Assembly (NCBI GenBank): GCA_028699085.1
Contig: JAQVVF010000002.1
Coordinates: 68,557-132,556 of the forward strand
Reading direction: 5' to 3'
Length of the DNA stretch: 64,000 bases
Origin: Patescibacteria group bacterium
Lineage (GTDB): Bacteria > Patescibacteriota > JABMPQ01 > JAQVVF01
Shown: positions 1-10,721 of the stretch, piece after piece
How the letters are laid out: each line of letters opens with the position of its first letter
Numbering within the stretch: position 1 is the first letter of the stretch
Made by a program: the position numbers and the translations under genes
Notes under the pieces: model-generated
Database searches by the model: none
Seen by the model: the letters and a program-made list of their open reading frames with translations, nothing else
What the model was told of the DNA's origin: nothing

Positions 1-209
1 GCACGAGTCTTAACTGGGGACTGTCCGCTGATTCTTTTTAGATTATCAATCATTATATCAATAAGTTTTGGATCTTTCAAGGTCTTTCCGGCACCAATAT
101 TCAAAACAACTTTAGTGATCTTTGGAATTTCATTTACATTTTTATAACCAAACTTCTCCTTCATAAAAGGCACAATCTTCTCATTATATTTTTTTTGTAG
201 TTCTGTCAT
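1..209 (-). CDS. rplE: 50S ribosomal protein L5 (3' end truncated by window edge)
   Basis: Minus-strand translation reads MTELQKKYNEKIVPFMKEKFGYKNVNEIPKITKVVLNIGAGK..., matching the L5 N-terminus; the start codon is the reverse-complement ATG at 207-209. Confidence 0.8.
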   Translation of the reverse strand, partial: MTELQKKYNEKIVPFMKEKFGYKNVNEIPKITKVVLNIGAGKTLKDPKLIDIMIDNLKRISGQSPVKTR

Positions 210-227
210 TACTTTATTACTTTATAA

Positions 228-536
228 TTAAATAGTTTCTTTGCATTTCTTGCAAATTCTAAATTTTTTCTTGTTTTCACCAATCTTTATTCCTGTTCTA
301 ACAGCCTTATTGCATTTTGGACATTTAAACAAAACATTAGAAATATCAATTGGCATATCTACTTGTATTTTCTGACCTTTCTTATCTTGTCTTTTAGATT
401 TTGCATGCTTTGACAATTTATTAACATTCTCAACAACAATTTTATCTTTTTTTGGCAAAACCGAAAGAACTTTGCCAACCTTGCCTTTGTCTTTGCCTGA
501 TATTACTAATACATTATCGCCTTTTTTAATTCTCAT
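228..536 (-). CDS. rplX: 50S ribosomal protein L24 with a C-terminal CxxC...CxxC zinc-ribbon-like segment
   Basis: N-terminal KOW motif MRIKKGDNVLVISGKDKGKVGKV; the C-terminal part contains CPKC...CKKC. Confidence 0.9.
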   Translation of the reverse strand: MRIKKGDNVLVISGKDKGKVGKVLSVLPKKDKIVVENVNKLSKHAKSKRQDKKGQKIQVDMPIDISNVLFKCPKCNKAVRTGIKIGENKKKFRICKKCKETI

Positions 537-583
537 AAAATTCTTATTTGTAAATATTATCTACAGAACAACATTATTTATTC

Positions 584-949
584 TTATAATACTTCAACTG
601 CTAAAGATATAATCTTAGAAAAATCGCCCTTTCTTAATTCACGAGCTACTGGACCAAAAATTCTAGTCCCTTTTGGCTCCTTGCCATCAATAATTACCGC
701 TGCATTTTCATCAAACTTAATATATGTTCCATCTTCACGTCTTAATTCTTTATTTTGTCTGACGATAACAGCTTTTACTACTTCCTTGTTCTTAACAACT
801 CCGCCTGGAATAGCTTCTAATACAACAGCTGTAATAGTATCTCCAATTCTAGCGTATCTTCTTTTAAATCCTCTATGTACTCTAACACAACGGATAATCT
901 TTGCTCCGGTGTTATCAGCAACTTTCAATTTTGTTTGAGTCTGTATCAT
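584..949 (-). CDS. rplN: 50S ribosomal protein L14
   Basis: [17 protein letters not shown]... is the canonical L14 start; 121 aa. Confidence 0.95.
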   Translation of the reverse strand: MIQTQTKLKVADNTGAKIIRCVRVHRGFKRRYARIGDTITAVVLEAIPGGVVKNKEVVKAVIVRQNKELRREDGTYIKFDENAAVIIDGKEPKGTRIFGPVARELRKGDFSKIISLAVEVL

Positions 950-950
950 C

Positions 951-1214
951 TTATTTAGCTAATATTTTCTTTAATCTATAATGTTTATCTTTGCTCAAAG
1001 GCCTGCATTGCTCAATCAAGACAACATTACCAACTTTAGCTTTATTATTCAAATCATGAGCTTTTACTTTCAAAGAAACATAATATCTCTTTTTATAAAC
1101 AGGATGAGCCTTAATTCTTTCAACCTCAACAACAATGGATTTATCCATTTTATCAGATACAACTGTACCTTCTAATTGGCGTGGCATTTTTTTCTTATCT
1201 AAATTTTTTTCCAT
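951..1214 (-). CDS. rpsQ: 30S ribosomal protein S17
   Basis: 87 aa with [19 protein letters not shown]...HPVYKK, the S17 signature, in the expected operon position. Confidence 0.9.
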   Translation of the reverse strand: MEKNLDKKKMPRQLEGTVVSDKMDKSIVVEVERIKAHPVYKKRYYVSLKVKAHDLNNKAKVGNVVLIEQCRPLSKDKHYRLKKILAK

Positions 1215-1233
1215 ATAATTTATAATACTGTAA

Positions 1234-1434
1234 TTAAGCTTCTTTAATTAATAATCTTTCTTTCATGACTGTCAGAACTTTTGCAATATCTTTCTTTAAC
1301 AAAGAAATTTCTTTTACATTCTTATGTTGATTTGAAGCAATCTTAAATCTAACTTCACGCAGGCTTTCTCTTTTTTCAGCCAACATTTTCACTAACTCTT
1401 TATCCTTTTTTTCTCTGATTTCTTTAACTTTCAT
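1234..1434 (-). CDS. rpmC: 50S ribosomal protein L29
   Basis: 66-aa basic helical protein sitting between S17 and L16, as in the conserved S10 operon. Confidence 0.8.
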   Translation of the reverse strand: MKVKEIREKKDKELVKMLAEKRESLREVRFKIASNQHKNVKEISLLKKDIAKVLTVMKERLLIKEA

Positions 1435-1461
1435 ACTTTAAAACTTTATAACTTTAAAACT

Positions 1462-1869
1462 TTATAACTCCATTATAAACTTAGTCTTAATCGGTAATTT
1501 GTTAGCAGCCAAACGTAATGCCTCTCGTGCGACTTTCTCCGTTACTCCGTCCATTTCAAATAAAATCTTTCCTGGTGCAACAGAAACAACAAAATGATCA
1601 ACTGCACCCTTGCCTTTACCCATTGGAGTTTCAGCTCCTTTTGTAGTTACTGGCTTATCAGGAAATATTCTAATCCAAACTTTTCCACCACGTTGGATAA
1701 ATCTAGTCATAGCACGTCTAGAAGCTTCAATCTGTCTTGCTGTCAACCACTTACCTTCCATCGCTTTAATACCAAACATACCAAAACTTAATTGACTTCC
1801 ACGAACCTCAAGTCTTTTATTGCTTCCTTTTTGCCATTTTCTATGTTTTACTTTTTTCGGCATTAACAT
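1462..1869 (-). CDS. rplP: 50S ribosomal protein L16
   Basis: [15 protein letters not shown]...[12 protein letters not shown]...[12 protein letters not shown] matches L16. Confidence 0.95.
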   Translation of the reverse strand: MLMPKKVKHRKWQKGSNKRLEVRGSQLSFGMFGIKAMEGKWLTARQIEASRRAMTRFIQRGGKVWIRIFPDKPVTTKGAETPMGKGKGAVDHFVVSVAPGKILFEMDGVTEKVAREALRLAANKLPIKTKFIMEL

Positions 1870-1898
1870 ATATTCGAAATTAGCTTAATTCTTAAAAA

Positions 1899-2540
1899 TT
1901 ATTTCTGAAAAACTTCACCTTTATAAATCCACACTTTGACACCGATTGTTCCCATTGTAGTTTGCGCATTTCTTTTAGCAAAATCAATATTAGCTCTCAA
2001 AGTATGTAAAGGTAATTTTCCTTCTGCAACCCATTCTCTTCTCGACATTTCCGATCCATCTAATCTGCCAGAAACCATAATCTTGCAACCTTTGACATGT
2101 CTATTCTGCATTGTTCTCTCTAATGCTCTCTTAATAACTCTTCTAAATGAAATTCTTTTTTCAAGTTGTTCTGCAATTAATACTCCAACTGTAGCTGCAT
2201 CTGCTTCTGGCTCTTTTATTTCTTTAATATTAATATCAACCTTTATTCCATTACCAACAATTTTTGCAATATCTTTTTTCATATCTTCAATTTCTGTTCC
2301 ACCACGACCGATAATAATTCCAGGTCTTGAAGAATGCAAAGTAAAAATTATTGATTGTGCAGTTCTTTCAATTTCAACTATAGACAAAGCAGCATTTTTC
2401 AATTTCTCAAAAATCATCTTTCTCAACTTTACATCACTAATCAAATAATTTTTATATTTTTGATTATCAGAAAACCACTTCGATGACCAAGTCTGCAATC
2501 CCCCTATTCTCAAACTGATTGGACTTATCTTATGTCCCAT
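1899..2540 (-). CDS. rpsC: 30S ribosomal protein S3
   Basis: MGHKISPISLRIGG...; KH-domain S3, 213 aa. Confidence 0.95.
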   Translation of the reverse strand: MGHKISPISLRIGGLQTWSSKWFSDNQKYKNYLISDVKLRKMIFEKLKNAALSIVEIERTAQSIIFTLHSSRPGIIIGRGGTEIEDMKKDIAKIVGNGIKVDINIKEIKEPEADAATVGVLIAEQLEKRISFRRVIKRALERTMQNRHVKGCKIMVSGRLDGSEMSRREWVAEGKLPLHTLRANIDFAKRNAQTTMGTIGVKVWIYKGEVFQK

Positions 2541-2583
2541 ATGTTTAAATAAAAATACTTAATAACTTTATAAAACCTTTAAA

Positions 2584-3087
2584 CTACATTGCTTTTCTTT
2601 GGAAGATCTTATTACCACCGCTTGTCTTTCTTCCAAAAAATCCCCGTTTCTGATCATTATTCTTGCCCCATTTCTTTTTTTTCTTTACTTTCTTTTCTTG
2701 TTTTTCTACAATTTTAGCTTCTTCTTTCTTAATTTTCTTAGCTTTTTTTCCTTTTACTTTTTCTTCCAATTCAATTTCAATATGGCTTGTTCTTCTTCTA
2801 ATAGTATAAGCTCTACCAAATGCTCGAGGACGAAATCTCTTCAATGTCGGTGCTTCATTAACAAAAACCTTAAAAACAAACAGATTATCTTTCTCCATAT
2901 TAAAGTTATGAACTGCGTTACTTGTAGCAGATAATAACAATTTCAATACTAAATCTGAAGATTTTTTATTCAAAAATCTCAATTGATTTTCTGCATCAAT
3001 CACATCTAAACCTCGAATTAGATCAACTACTAATTTCGCTTTTCTCGGAGCAATATGTAAATGTCTTAATGTTGCTTTAACTGACAT
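2584..3087 (-). CDS. rplV: 50S ribosomal protein L22 with a Lys-rich C-terminal extension
   Basis: L22 core (AKLVVDLIRG...SDLVLKLL) followed by a KKKK-rich tail of about 50 aa. Confidence 0.9.
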   Translation of the reverse strand: MSVKATLRHLHIAPRKAKLVVDLIRGLDVIDAENQLRFLNKKSSDLVLKLLLSATSNAVHNFNMEKDNLFVFKVFVNEAPTLKRFRPRAFGRAYTIRRRTSHIEIELEEKVKGKKAKKIKKEEAKIVEKQEKKVKKKKKWGKNNDQKRGFFGRKTSGGNKIFQRKAM

Positions 3088-3098
3088 ATATAGATTAA

Positions 3099-3446
3099 TT
3101 ATTCTTTAACTTCTTTTTTTTCACCTTCTTGCGCAGCTGCTAACTTTTGCGTCTCTGCTGCTTGAGCTGCTGCTGCTTCTTCCTTAGCAATTCTACCACC
3201 ATGAACTTCAAATCTTCTTGTCGGAGAAAACTCACCCAATCTATGTCCAACCATTTCTTCTGTTAAAAATACTGGAATGTGTTCTTTTCCATTATGTACT
3301 CCAATTGTAAAACCTACCATTTCTGGAAAAATAGTTGAGGATCTAGACCATGTTTTAATGATAGTCTTATCTCCTTGTCTCAATTTCTTTAATTTCTTTA
3401 AAAGTTTTGGATCACACCACAAACCTTTCTTTAAACTTCGTGACAT
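3099..3446 (-). CDS. rpsS: 30S ribosomal protein S19 with an Ala/Glu-rich C-terminal extension
   Basis: MSRSLKKG...[11 protein letters not shown] is S19; the tail reads [21 protein letters not shown]. Confidence 0.9.
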   Translation of the reverse strand: MSRSLKKGLWCDPKLLKKLKKLRQGDKTIIKTWSRSSTIFPEMVGFTIGVHNGKEHIPVFLTEEMVGHRLGEFSPTRRFEVHGGRIAKEEAAAAQAAETQKLAAAQEGEKKEVKE

Positions 3447-3473
3447 AATATATGTAACTTAGTATCTTATAAA

Positions 3474-4304
3474 TTATTTTCTTCTTCTAAGTATCAACTT
3501 ATCCGATAATCTATGAGGTTTTCTAGTCTTGACACCCATTGCTGGCTTGCCCCATCTTGTCTTTGGATGAATCATACCAATTGAGTTTCTTCCTTCACCA
3601 CCACCATGTGGGTGATCTTTTGGATTCATCGCTTTACCTCTTACTTCTGGTCTTCTGCCCATTTTTCTGCTTCTACCTGCGCTACCAATTATGATATTTC
3701 CATGATCAATATTGCTAATTCTACCAATCGTTGCACAAGAATCAATTAAGATATTTCTTACTTCACCAGAAGGAAATTTTAATTGAGCAAACTTGCCTTC
3801 AATTGCTAAAAGTTGAGCAGCTGCACCAGCACTTCTAACCATTTGTCCGCCTCTATTAGGCGCAAATTCAACTTCAGAAATAAAAGTACCCGTAGGAATA
3901 TATTTCAATGGATATCTATTTCCAACGGTTGCTTCAAGCTTTTTCAATGAACTCTTGACTTTATCACCAACCTTCAAATTTTCTTGAGCTAAAATATATG
4001 CCTTAGAACCATCAGTGTATTCAATCAATGCAACAAAAGCAGATCTATTTGGATCATATTCCAAGCTTTTTACTTCACCTTCAACATCATAATTTGATCT
4101 TCTAAAATCAATCATTCTATATTGTCTTTTGCTGCTTCCACCACGATGACGAATCGTAATTTTTCCTCGATGATTTCTACCACTATGTTTTTTTAATGCT
4201 ACAATCAAACCTTTTTCAGGTTCTTTTTTTGTTAACATTGAAAAATCAACGGTCGTAATATATCGTCTTGATGCTGTAACTGGTTTGTAGGTCTTAATTG
4301 GCAT
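3474..4304 (-). CDS. rplB: 50S ribosomal protein L2
   Basis: 276 aa with the KPTSPGRR-like and GGGEGR motifs typical of L2. Confidence 0.95.
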   Translation of the reverse strand: MPIKTYKPVTASRRYITTVDFSMLTKKEPEKGLIVALKKHSGRNHRGKITIRHRGGSSKRQYRMIDFRRSNYDVEGEVKSLEYDPNRSAFVALIEYTDGSKAYILAQENLKVGDKVKSSLKKLEATVGNRYPLKYIPTGTFISEVEFAPNRGGQMVRSAGAAAQLLAIEGKFAQLKFPSGEVRNILIDSCATIGRISNIDHGNIIIGSAGRSRKMGRRPEVRGKAMNPKDHPHGGGEGRNSIGMIHPKTRWGKPAMGVKTRKPHRLSDKLILRRRK

Positions 4305-4349
4305 TATCGAAAATTATTACTTTATAAATTTTGTAACTTTAAAACTCCG

Positions 4350-4754
4350 TTATACTCCTTCATAGATCTGGATGCTTTTTCCTGCTGGCAATGTTACAAT
4401 CGCTTTCTTTTTTGCGGAAGTCTGTCCAACTGTTTTTCCATATCTTCTTGATTTTCCAGATAAATTTATAACATTAACTTTTATTGGTTTAATTCCATAA
4501 ACTGCATAAATTGCTCTTGCAATCTCTTGCTTTGAAGCTGAGCTCTTTACTTGAAAAACATATTTATTAGAAATATTCAAATCTGCGCCTTTTTCTGAAA
4601 CTACCGGTTTTAACAAACATCTATGTGCTGCGCTATAAATATTTACAGCCTTTTTCGACTTTTCAGTATTTTTAGCAACTGAATCTTTCTTCTTAATAGA
4701 AGTTTCTTTTTTCTCATCTTTCTTTCCTTTTTTGAATACATCTAATAAAGCCAT
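4350..4754 (-). CDS. rplW: 50S ribosomal protein L23 with an N-terminal basic extension
   Basis: L23 core (LLKPVVSEKG...YVFQV...) preceded by a Lys-rich N-terminus. Confidence 0.85.
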   Translation of the reverse strand: MALLDVFKKGKKDEKKETSIKKKDSVAKNTEKSKKAVNIYSAAHRCLLKPVVSEKGADLNISNKYVFQVKSSASKQEIARAIYAVYGIKPIKVNVINLSGKSRRYGKTVGQTSAKKKAIVTLPAGKSIQIYEGV

Positions 4755-4770
4755 ATATTTAACTTGAAAA

Positions 4771-5382
4771 TTATTTAATCATTGCTAAAGATTTCTTATC
4801 TACAACCAATGTATCATATTTAACAACGTCATAAACGTTCAATAAATTTGATAATAATGGTTTTACACTTGAAACATTTCTGATAGACTTCATTGTCTTT
4901 TCATCATTTTCATTCAGCATTACCAAGGCGTTTTTTTCTACTTTAATATTCCTTAAAATCTTTACAAACTCTTTAGTTTTAATTGCTTCCATTTTTAATT
5001 CATCAAGAACAACTAATTTCTTTGAATTGTATTTATCAGAAAGCGCCATATGCAAAGCTTTTCTTTTTTCCTTCTTGTTTATTCTTTTTACATCATTCTT
5101 AGTCGCAACAGGACCAAATGTCTTACCTCCGCCCTTCCATAATGGAGAACGAATAGAACCAACACGAGCACGTCCTGTACCTTTTTGCTTCCATGGCTTA
5201 ATACCGCCACCTCTTACCTCAGCTCTATCTTTTGATTTGGAAGTAACTTCTTTTTTGCTCAATTGGGCAACAACTGCACGATGTACAACAGAATTTTTAA
5301 CTTCAACACCAAAAATATTTGGATCTAAATCCACTGTACCAACTTTCTTTCCTTCTTTGTTCAATATATCAACTTTTAACAT
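4771..5382 (-). CDS. rplD: 50S ribosomal protein L4
   Basis: 203 aa with the RGGG.KPW.QKGTGRAR motif of L4. Confidence 0.95.
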   Translation of the reverse strand: MLKVDILNKEGKKVGTVDLDPNIFGVEVKNSVVHRAVVAQLSKKEVTSKSKDRAEVRGGGIKPWKQKGTGRARVGSIRSPLWKGGGKTFGPVATKNDVKRINKKEKRKALHMALSDKYNSKKLVVLDELKMEAIKTKEFVKILRNIKVEKNALVMLNENDEKTMKSIRNVSSVKPLLSNLLNVYDVVKYDTLVVDKKSLAMIK

Positions 5383-5400
5383 ATGTAGCTAAAATAATCT

Positions 5401-6012
5401 TTAATTTCCACGAATTCTTAACCATGTTCCAACTTTGCCAGGCAAAGCTCCTTTTACGGCTAATACGTTTTCATTCACATTTATATCTAAAACTGATGAA
5501 TTCTTTGAAGTTACATTTTCTCCACCCATTCTTCCACCCATTCTTCTACCTTTCATAACGTGTTGAGGATGACCGGAGTTAATAGAACCAGGAGCTCTCC
5601 AATCGTGCTTATGACCATGCGAATGTGGTGCTCCATGAAAACCATGCCTCTTCATAACTCCAGCAAAGCCCTTACCTTTTGAAACGCCTGAAATAGACAA
5701 AGAATCACCAATTTTGAACTGTGAAATATCAATTTTATCACCAATTTTAAATGGAGTCAAGTCTTCAATTCTGAACTCTGCGAAACTACTTAAATTTTCT
5801 TTGATACCCGCCTTATTTAACGATCCTTTTACTCTACCATCGCCCTTTTTAACAATTTTATAGCCAACTTGAATAGCAGAATAGCCATCCTTTTTAGCAT
5901 CCAAAAGCCTAGTAACAAAACAATTACCAATTCTAATTAAGGTAACAGCTTCAAGTTTACCTTCTTTGTACATTCTACTCATTCCAATTTTTTCGCCAAA
6001 AATGAATTTCAT
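5401..6012 (-). CDS. rplC: 50S ribosomal protein L3
   Basis: MKFIFGEKIGMSRMY... and the Gly-rich loop of L3. Confidence 0.95.
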   Translation of the reverse strand: MKFIFGEKIGMSRMYKEGKLEAVTLIRIGNCFVTRLLDAKKDGYSAIQVGYKIVKKGDGRVKGSLNKAGIKENLSSFAEFRIEDLTPFKIGDKIDISQFKIGDSLSISGVSKGKGFAGVMKRHGFHGAPHSHGHKHDWRAPGSINSGHPQHVMKGRRMGGRMGGENVTSKNSSVLDINVNENVLAVKGALPGKVGTWLRIRGN

Positions 6013-6243
6013 TGCTTAAAAATATATATTAACAATATTTATCTATTTCTAAAAAATAAATAAAGACCTAGATAAATTAGGTTAACAAACCTCAAGCGAA
6101 CTAGTCGCCATCTTATTTGCTAAACTTAGTCTATATCTAAAACTATATCTAAACTCGTAACAAATACCTTTAAAACATTCACAAAATCTTTCTCAAGCAT
6201 TCAAATACTCACTCGATTTATTCGAAAAAGCATTCGAGTAAGA

Positions 6244-6585
6244 TTACATCTTTATTTCAACATCAACACCTGCTGGTAAATTAAGGTTCGACAAAGCATC
6301 AATAGTCTTTGGAGTTGGCTTTACAATATCAATCAATCTCTTATGAATTCTAATCTCAAATTGTTCACGAGCGTCTTTATGAACAAATGTAGATTTCAAA
6401 ACAGTATCCCTATGCTTTTCAGTAGGAAGTGGAATCGGGCCGATAACTTCTGCACCGGATCTCTTTGCAGTTTCAATTATCTGCTCTGCTGATTGATCAA
6501 TAATCTTATGATCAAATGCCTTAATTTTAATTCTTATTCTTGGAGAAGATGTTTCTTCTTTCTTTTCTTGATTCTTTGTCATCAA
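6244..6585 (-). CDS. rpsJ: 30S ribosomal protein S10 with a short N-terminal extension
   Basis: [17 protein letters not shown] is the S10 signature. Confidence 0.9.
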   Translation of the reverse strand: MMTKNQEKKEETSSPRIRIKIKAFDHKIIDQSAEQIIETAKRSGAEVIGPIPLPTEKHRDTVLKSTFVHKDAREQFEIRIHKRLIDIVKPTPKTIDALSNLNLPAGVDVEIKM

Positions 6586-6596
6586 AAGGACTTATT

Positions 6597-6630
6597 TATT
6601 AAAACCCGACTCAAGTTTGATGAGTCGGGT
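6597..6630 (-). terminator. Intrinsic terminator or attenuator hairpin between tuf and rpsJ
   Basis: 10-bp stem acccgactca / tgagtcgggt; read on the minus strand it is followed by a short T-run. Confidence 0.5.
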
Positions 6631-6643
6631 CTTACTTAATCAT

Positions 6644-7837
6644 TTATTTAATAATCTTAGTTACAACACCAGCACCAACTGTTTTTCCGCCTTCGCGGAT
6701 AGCAAATTTCATCTTTTCTTCCATAGCAACTGGAGCAACTAATTTAACTTTCATTCCATTTACAGTATCGCCAGGCATAACCATTTCAGTTCCAGAAGGT
6801 AATGTTACTTCACCAGTAACATCAGTAGTTCTGACATAGAATTGTGGTTTATAGCCATTTGTAAATGCTGTATGGCGTCCGCCTTCTTCTTTCTTCAAAA
6901 TATAGGATTCTGCTTCAAATTCAGTATGAGGAGTAATTGAACCTGGTTTTGCTAATACTTGTCCTCTTTCAACATCTTCTTTCTTTGTACCACGTAACAA
7001 GATACCAGCGTTATCACCAGCTCTACCTTCATCCAAAGATTTATTGAACATTTCAATGCCAGTAGCAACAGTTTTTTGAGTAGGTTTTAAACCAACAATT
7101 TCAACAGCATCATTAATTTTAACCATGCCTCTTTCAATTCTACCAGTTACAACAGTTCCACGTCCTTCAATTGAGAATACATCTTCAATAGGCATTAATA
7201 ATGGTTTATCAACATCTCTTTTTGGATCAGGGATATATGAATCTAATTTTTCCAATAATTCTAGAATTGGTTTTCCTGCTTCACCTGATGGATCTTCCAA
7301 AGCTTTTAAAGCTGAACCTTTTACAATTGGAACTTCATCGCCAGGAAAATGATATTTCTTTAATAATTCTCTAACTTCTTCTTCAACCAAAGCAACCATT
7401 TCTGGGTCGTCAACTTGATCAACTTTGTTTAAAAATACAACAATTGATGGAACACCAACTTGATAAGCTAAAAGAATATGCTCTCTTGTTTGAGGCATTG
7501 GTCCATCAGCAGCAGATACAACCAAAATAGCACCATCCATTTGAGCTGCACCAGTAATCATATTCTTAATATAATCAGCGTGTCCTGGGCAATCAACGTG
7601 TGCATAGTGTCTTTTGTCTGTTTCATATTCACAGTGAGCTGTAGCAATAGTAATACCTCTCTCATGCTCTTCTGGAGCTGAGTCAATTTGATCAACTGAT
7701 CTTTCTTGTGCTTTACCTTTTCCAGTAGCATTGATAACTTTCAAAATAGCTGCTGTTAAAGTAGTTTTACCATGATCAACATGGCCAATTGTACCTACGT
7801 TTAAATGTGGTTTTGATCTGTCAAATTTTTCTGCCAT
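6644..7837 (-). CDS. tuf: Elongation factor Tu
   Basis: [18 protein letters not shown] and NKVD GTPase motifs; 397 aa. Confidence 0.97.
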   Translation of the reverse strand: MAEKFDRSKPHLNVGTIGHVDHGKTTLTAAILKVINATGKGKAQERSVDQIDSAPEEHERGITIATAHCEYETDKRHYAHVDCPGHADYIKNMITGAAQMDGAILVVSAADGPMPQTREHILLAYQVGVPSIVVFLNKVDQVDDPEMVALVEEEVRELLKKYHFPGDEVPIVKGSALKALEDPSGEAGKPILELLEKLDSYIPDPKRDVDKPLLMPIEDVFSIEGRGTVVTGRIERGMVKINDAVEIVGLKPTQKTVATGIEMFNKSLDEGRAGDNAGILLRGTKKEDVERGQVLAKPGSITPHTEFEAESYILKKEEGGRHTAFTNGYKPQFYVRTTDVTGEVTLPSGTEMVMPGDTVNGMKVKLVAPVAMEEKMKFAIREGGKTVGAGVVTKIIK

Positions 7838-8021
7838 TTTTTTATAGTTTAATTATTATTTTAATTATATACGCAAAAAATTATAATGTCAAATCTAAAT
7901 CCTCTATTTTTACAACTTAAAAAAAATTATGCAAAAATAAAAAATAATATTTCAAAAATCTATTTTGCAAGAAGCATTATAACAACATTTATGATATAAA
8001 GCAAGACCTTTTTGTTGATAA

Positions 8022-8465
8022 CTATAAGTCAAATCTCTCATCTTCTTGCTCACAATCAACATCATAATAATAGCTCAAATCTTCCTCAACAAAATTATCT
8101 TTCTTACTATTTTGCTTAAGCGATTCATAATCAATACATTGCTTATCTTCTATCCAATTCTTTTTTGGCAAGTATTCTGAATAATCTTTTTCTGCTTCTT
8201 CGTTTTCTAATTTCCAACTAGCTATGTCAGAATTTATTTTATCAATCAACATTTTTCCTGAACAACACTTATCAGTTTTTTCTTTTTTGCTCAATATTTT
8301 TTCATATTCAGGAATAGACATTAAAACAAAAGAAGGTTTTCCATTTTCTACAATAATATATTTTCCGCCAGTAGATTTAAATAATCTCAAAATTGCCGGA
8401 AATTCTTTTGGATCTAAAACATTGATTGTCATAATATTTTTATTTTTAATTATTAGATTATTCAA
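8022..8465 (-). CDS. Phd/YefM antitoxin-fold protein with a long acidic C-terminal tail
   Basis: N-terminal region ...YIIVENGKPSFVLMSIPEYEKIL fits the YefM/Phd motif (I.r.Gkp.avl.s.eeye.l). It is followed by about 90 aa of D/E/Y-rich sequence. The true start is probably the internal MTINVL near 8432. Confidence 0.5.
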   Translation of the reverse strand: MNNLIIKNKNIMTINVLDPKEFPAILRLFKSTGGKYIIVENGKPSFVLMSIPEYEKILSKKEKTDKCCSGKMLIDKINSDIASWKLENEEAEKDYSEYLPKKNWIEDKQCIDYESLKQNSKKDNFVEEDLSYYYDVDCEQEDERFDL

Positions 8466-8524
8466 TTATCCAATTACTAAATGTTTTCAATTAACATTTA
8501 GTAATTAAGAATTTAATAAACTTT

Positions 8525-10648
8525 TTATTTTCCTTCTTTTTTGCCAGTTCTTCCTTCAACAATCTGCAATTCTACATTCTTTGGAACTTGTTCATAATGA
8601 TCAAATTCCATTACGAAATTTCCACGTCCAGAAGTAATTGATCTGATTGTTGTTACATAGCCAAACATTGATGCAAGAGGAACCATGGCAGAAATAATTT
8701 TTAAGTTATCTCTATCTTCCATTTTTTGAATTTGTGCTCTTTTTGAATTTAAATCTCCAACAATATCACCCATGAACTCAGCTGGCATCATAGCTTCAAT
8801 TTTCATTATTGGTTCAAGTAAAATTGGTTTTGCTCTTCTCTCGCCTTCTTTCATCGCCATAGATGCAGCAATTTTGAAAGCAGCTTCAGAAGAATCAACA
8901 TCATGGAAAGATCCATCATATAATGTTGCTTTGATATCAATTACTGGATAACCAGCAATTACGCCTTCTGTTAATGCCTCTTTACAACCTTTTCCTACAG
9001 CAGGAATAAATTCTTGAGGAATGACACCACCTTTAATTTCATTAATAAATTCAAAACCTTTATTTCTTTCATTTGGTTCTAATCGGAGCCAAACATGTCC
9101 ATACTGACCATGACCACCTGATTGTCTAATATATTTTCCTTCAGCCTCAGCAGTACCCAAAATAGTTTCTTTATAAGCAACTTGTGGATTGCCAATATTA
9201 GCTTCGACTTTAAATTCTCTTTTCATTCTATCGACTAAAACATCCAAGTGTAATTCACCCATACCAGAAATAATTGTCTGCATTGTTTCTTCATCAGTAT
9301 GAACTTTAAAAGTAGGATCTTCTTCCGACAAAGCACGCAAAGCCATCGACATTTTTTCCTGATCAGCTTTTGTTTTTGGTTCAATGGCAATTGAAATAAC
9401 TGGTTCAGGAAAAGTAATTTTTTCCAACATAACAGGATGTTCCATATCACATAAAGTATCGCCAGTAGTAGTACCCTTTAAACCAACAATTGCTGCAATA
9501 TCACCAGCATAGACCTCATCCACTTCCTCTCTTTTATTTGCATGCATACGAATAATTCTACCGACTCTTTCTTTACTATCAGTTGAAGAATTCAAGACAT
9601 AAGATCCAGCTGTTAGAATACCTGAATAAACTCTAAAATAAACTAATTTTCCAACAAACGGATCAGTTGCTACTTTAAAAGCTAAAGCTGTAAATGGTTC
9701 AGTATCACTAACCTTTCTTTCAATTTTTTTTGTCTCGTCTTTTGGATCAAATGCAACTATTGCCGGCACATCTAAGGGGCTAGGCAAACAATCAATTACA
9801 TAATCTAATAACTTTTTGATAATTGCTTTTCTACCATCGCCACCCAAAACTGGAAAAAACTTTCCTGTCAAAGTTGCTTTTCTCAAAGCTGCTCTAATCT
9901 CTTCTTCAGTCAATTCTTGTCCTTCTAAATATTTCTCCATTAATTTATCATCAAATTCAACTATTTTTTCAATCATTTCAGCTCGATATTTTTCACACTT
10001 TTCTTTCATATCAGCAGGAATTTCTTTTGGCTCAGATAATTCCATACCCTCTTCTTTTGCATCGACATTAAAATAAGCCTTCATCATAATAAGATCTACA
10101 GCGCCTTTAATATCTTCGCCAGAACCAATTGGCAACATTACTGGATGAGCATTTTTTGATAATCTGCTGTGAATTGAATCTAAGCTTCTATAAAAATCAC
10201 CGCCAACTAAATTGATCTTATTCAAAAAACAAATTCTTGGAACATGATATTTGTCAGCTTGATGCCAAACAGTTTCCGATTGAGGCTCAACTCCCATTTT
10301 GCCATCAAAAACTACAACAGCTCCATCTAAAACACGCAAGGATCTTTCAACTTCTACTGTAAAATCAACGTGTCCAGGAGTATCAATAATATTAATACGA
10401 TGCTTGTCTTGTTCTTTTTTCCAAATTGGAGACCAAAAACAAGTTGTTGCAGCTGAAGTAATCGTAATTCCTCTTTCTTGTTCTTGTTCCATCCAATCCA
10501 TAGTAGCAGCGCCTTCATGAACTTCACCAATCTTATGTGAAATTCCAGTGAAAAACAAAATACGCTCAGTGATAGTTGTTTTACCAGCATCAATATGAGC
10601 TATAATTCCAATATTTCTTGTTTTTTCAAGTGAGTATTCTCTTGGCAT
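8525..10648 (-). CDS. fusA: Elongation factor G
   Basis: AHIDAGKTT and DTPGHVDF motifs; 707 aa. Confidence 0.97.
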   Translation of the reverse strand: MPREYSLEKTRNIGIIAHIDAGKTTITERILFFTGISHKIGEVHEGAATMDWMEQEQERGITITSAATTCFWSPIWKKEQDKHRINIIDTPGHVDFTVEVERSLRVLDGAVVVFDGKMGVEPQSETVWHQADKYHVPRICFLNKINLVGGDFYRSLDSIHSRLSKNAHPVMLPIGSGEDIKGAVDLIMMKAYFNVDAKEEGMELSEPKEIPADMKEKCEKYRAEMIEKIVEFDDKLMEKYLEGQELTEEEIRAALRKATLTGKFFPVLGGDGRKAIIKKLLDYVIDCLPSPLDVPAIVAFDPKDETKKIERKVSDTEPFTALAFKVATDPFVGKLVYFRVYSGILTAGSYVLNSSTDSKERVGRIIRMHANKREEVDEVYAGDIAAIVGLKGTTTGDTLCDMEHPVMLEKITFPEPVISIAIEPKTKADQEKMSMALRALSEEDPTFKVHTDEETMQTIISGMGELHLDVLVDRMKREFKVEANIGNPQVAYKETILGTAEAEGKYIRQSGGHGQYGHVWLRLEPNERNKGFEFINEIKGGVIPQEFIPAVGKGCKEALTEGVIAGYPVIDIKATLYDGSFHDVDSSEAAFKIAASMAMKEGERRAKPILLEPIMKIEAMMPAEFMGDIVGDLNSKRAQIQKMEDRDNLKIISAMVPLASMFGYVTTIRSITSGRGNFVMEFDHYEQVPKNVELQIVEGRTGKKEGK

Positions 10649-10721
10649 AATAAAAATTTAAAAATAAAAATAAATAATAAAAAACACCTACTTAAATATA
10701 TAAAATATCTAAAATCAACTG

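Noticed and set aside
681-2448. Plus-strand ORFs antisense to rplN, rpsQ, rplP and rpsC (e.g. 681..938, 981..1175, 1594..1795, 1936..2448)
   Set aside because: Each lies entirely within a well-supported ribosomal protein gene on the opposite strand and has low-complexity composition.
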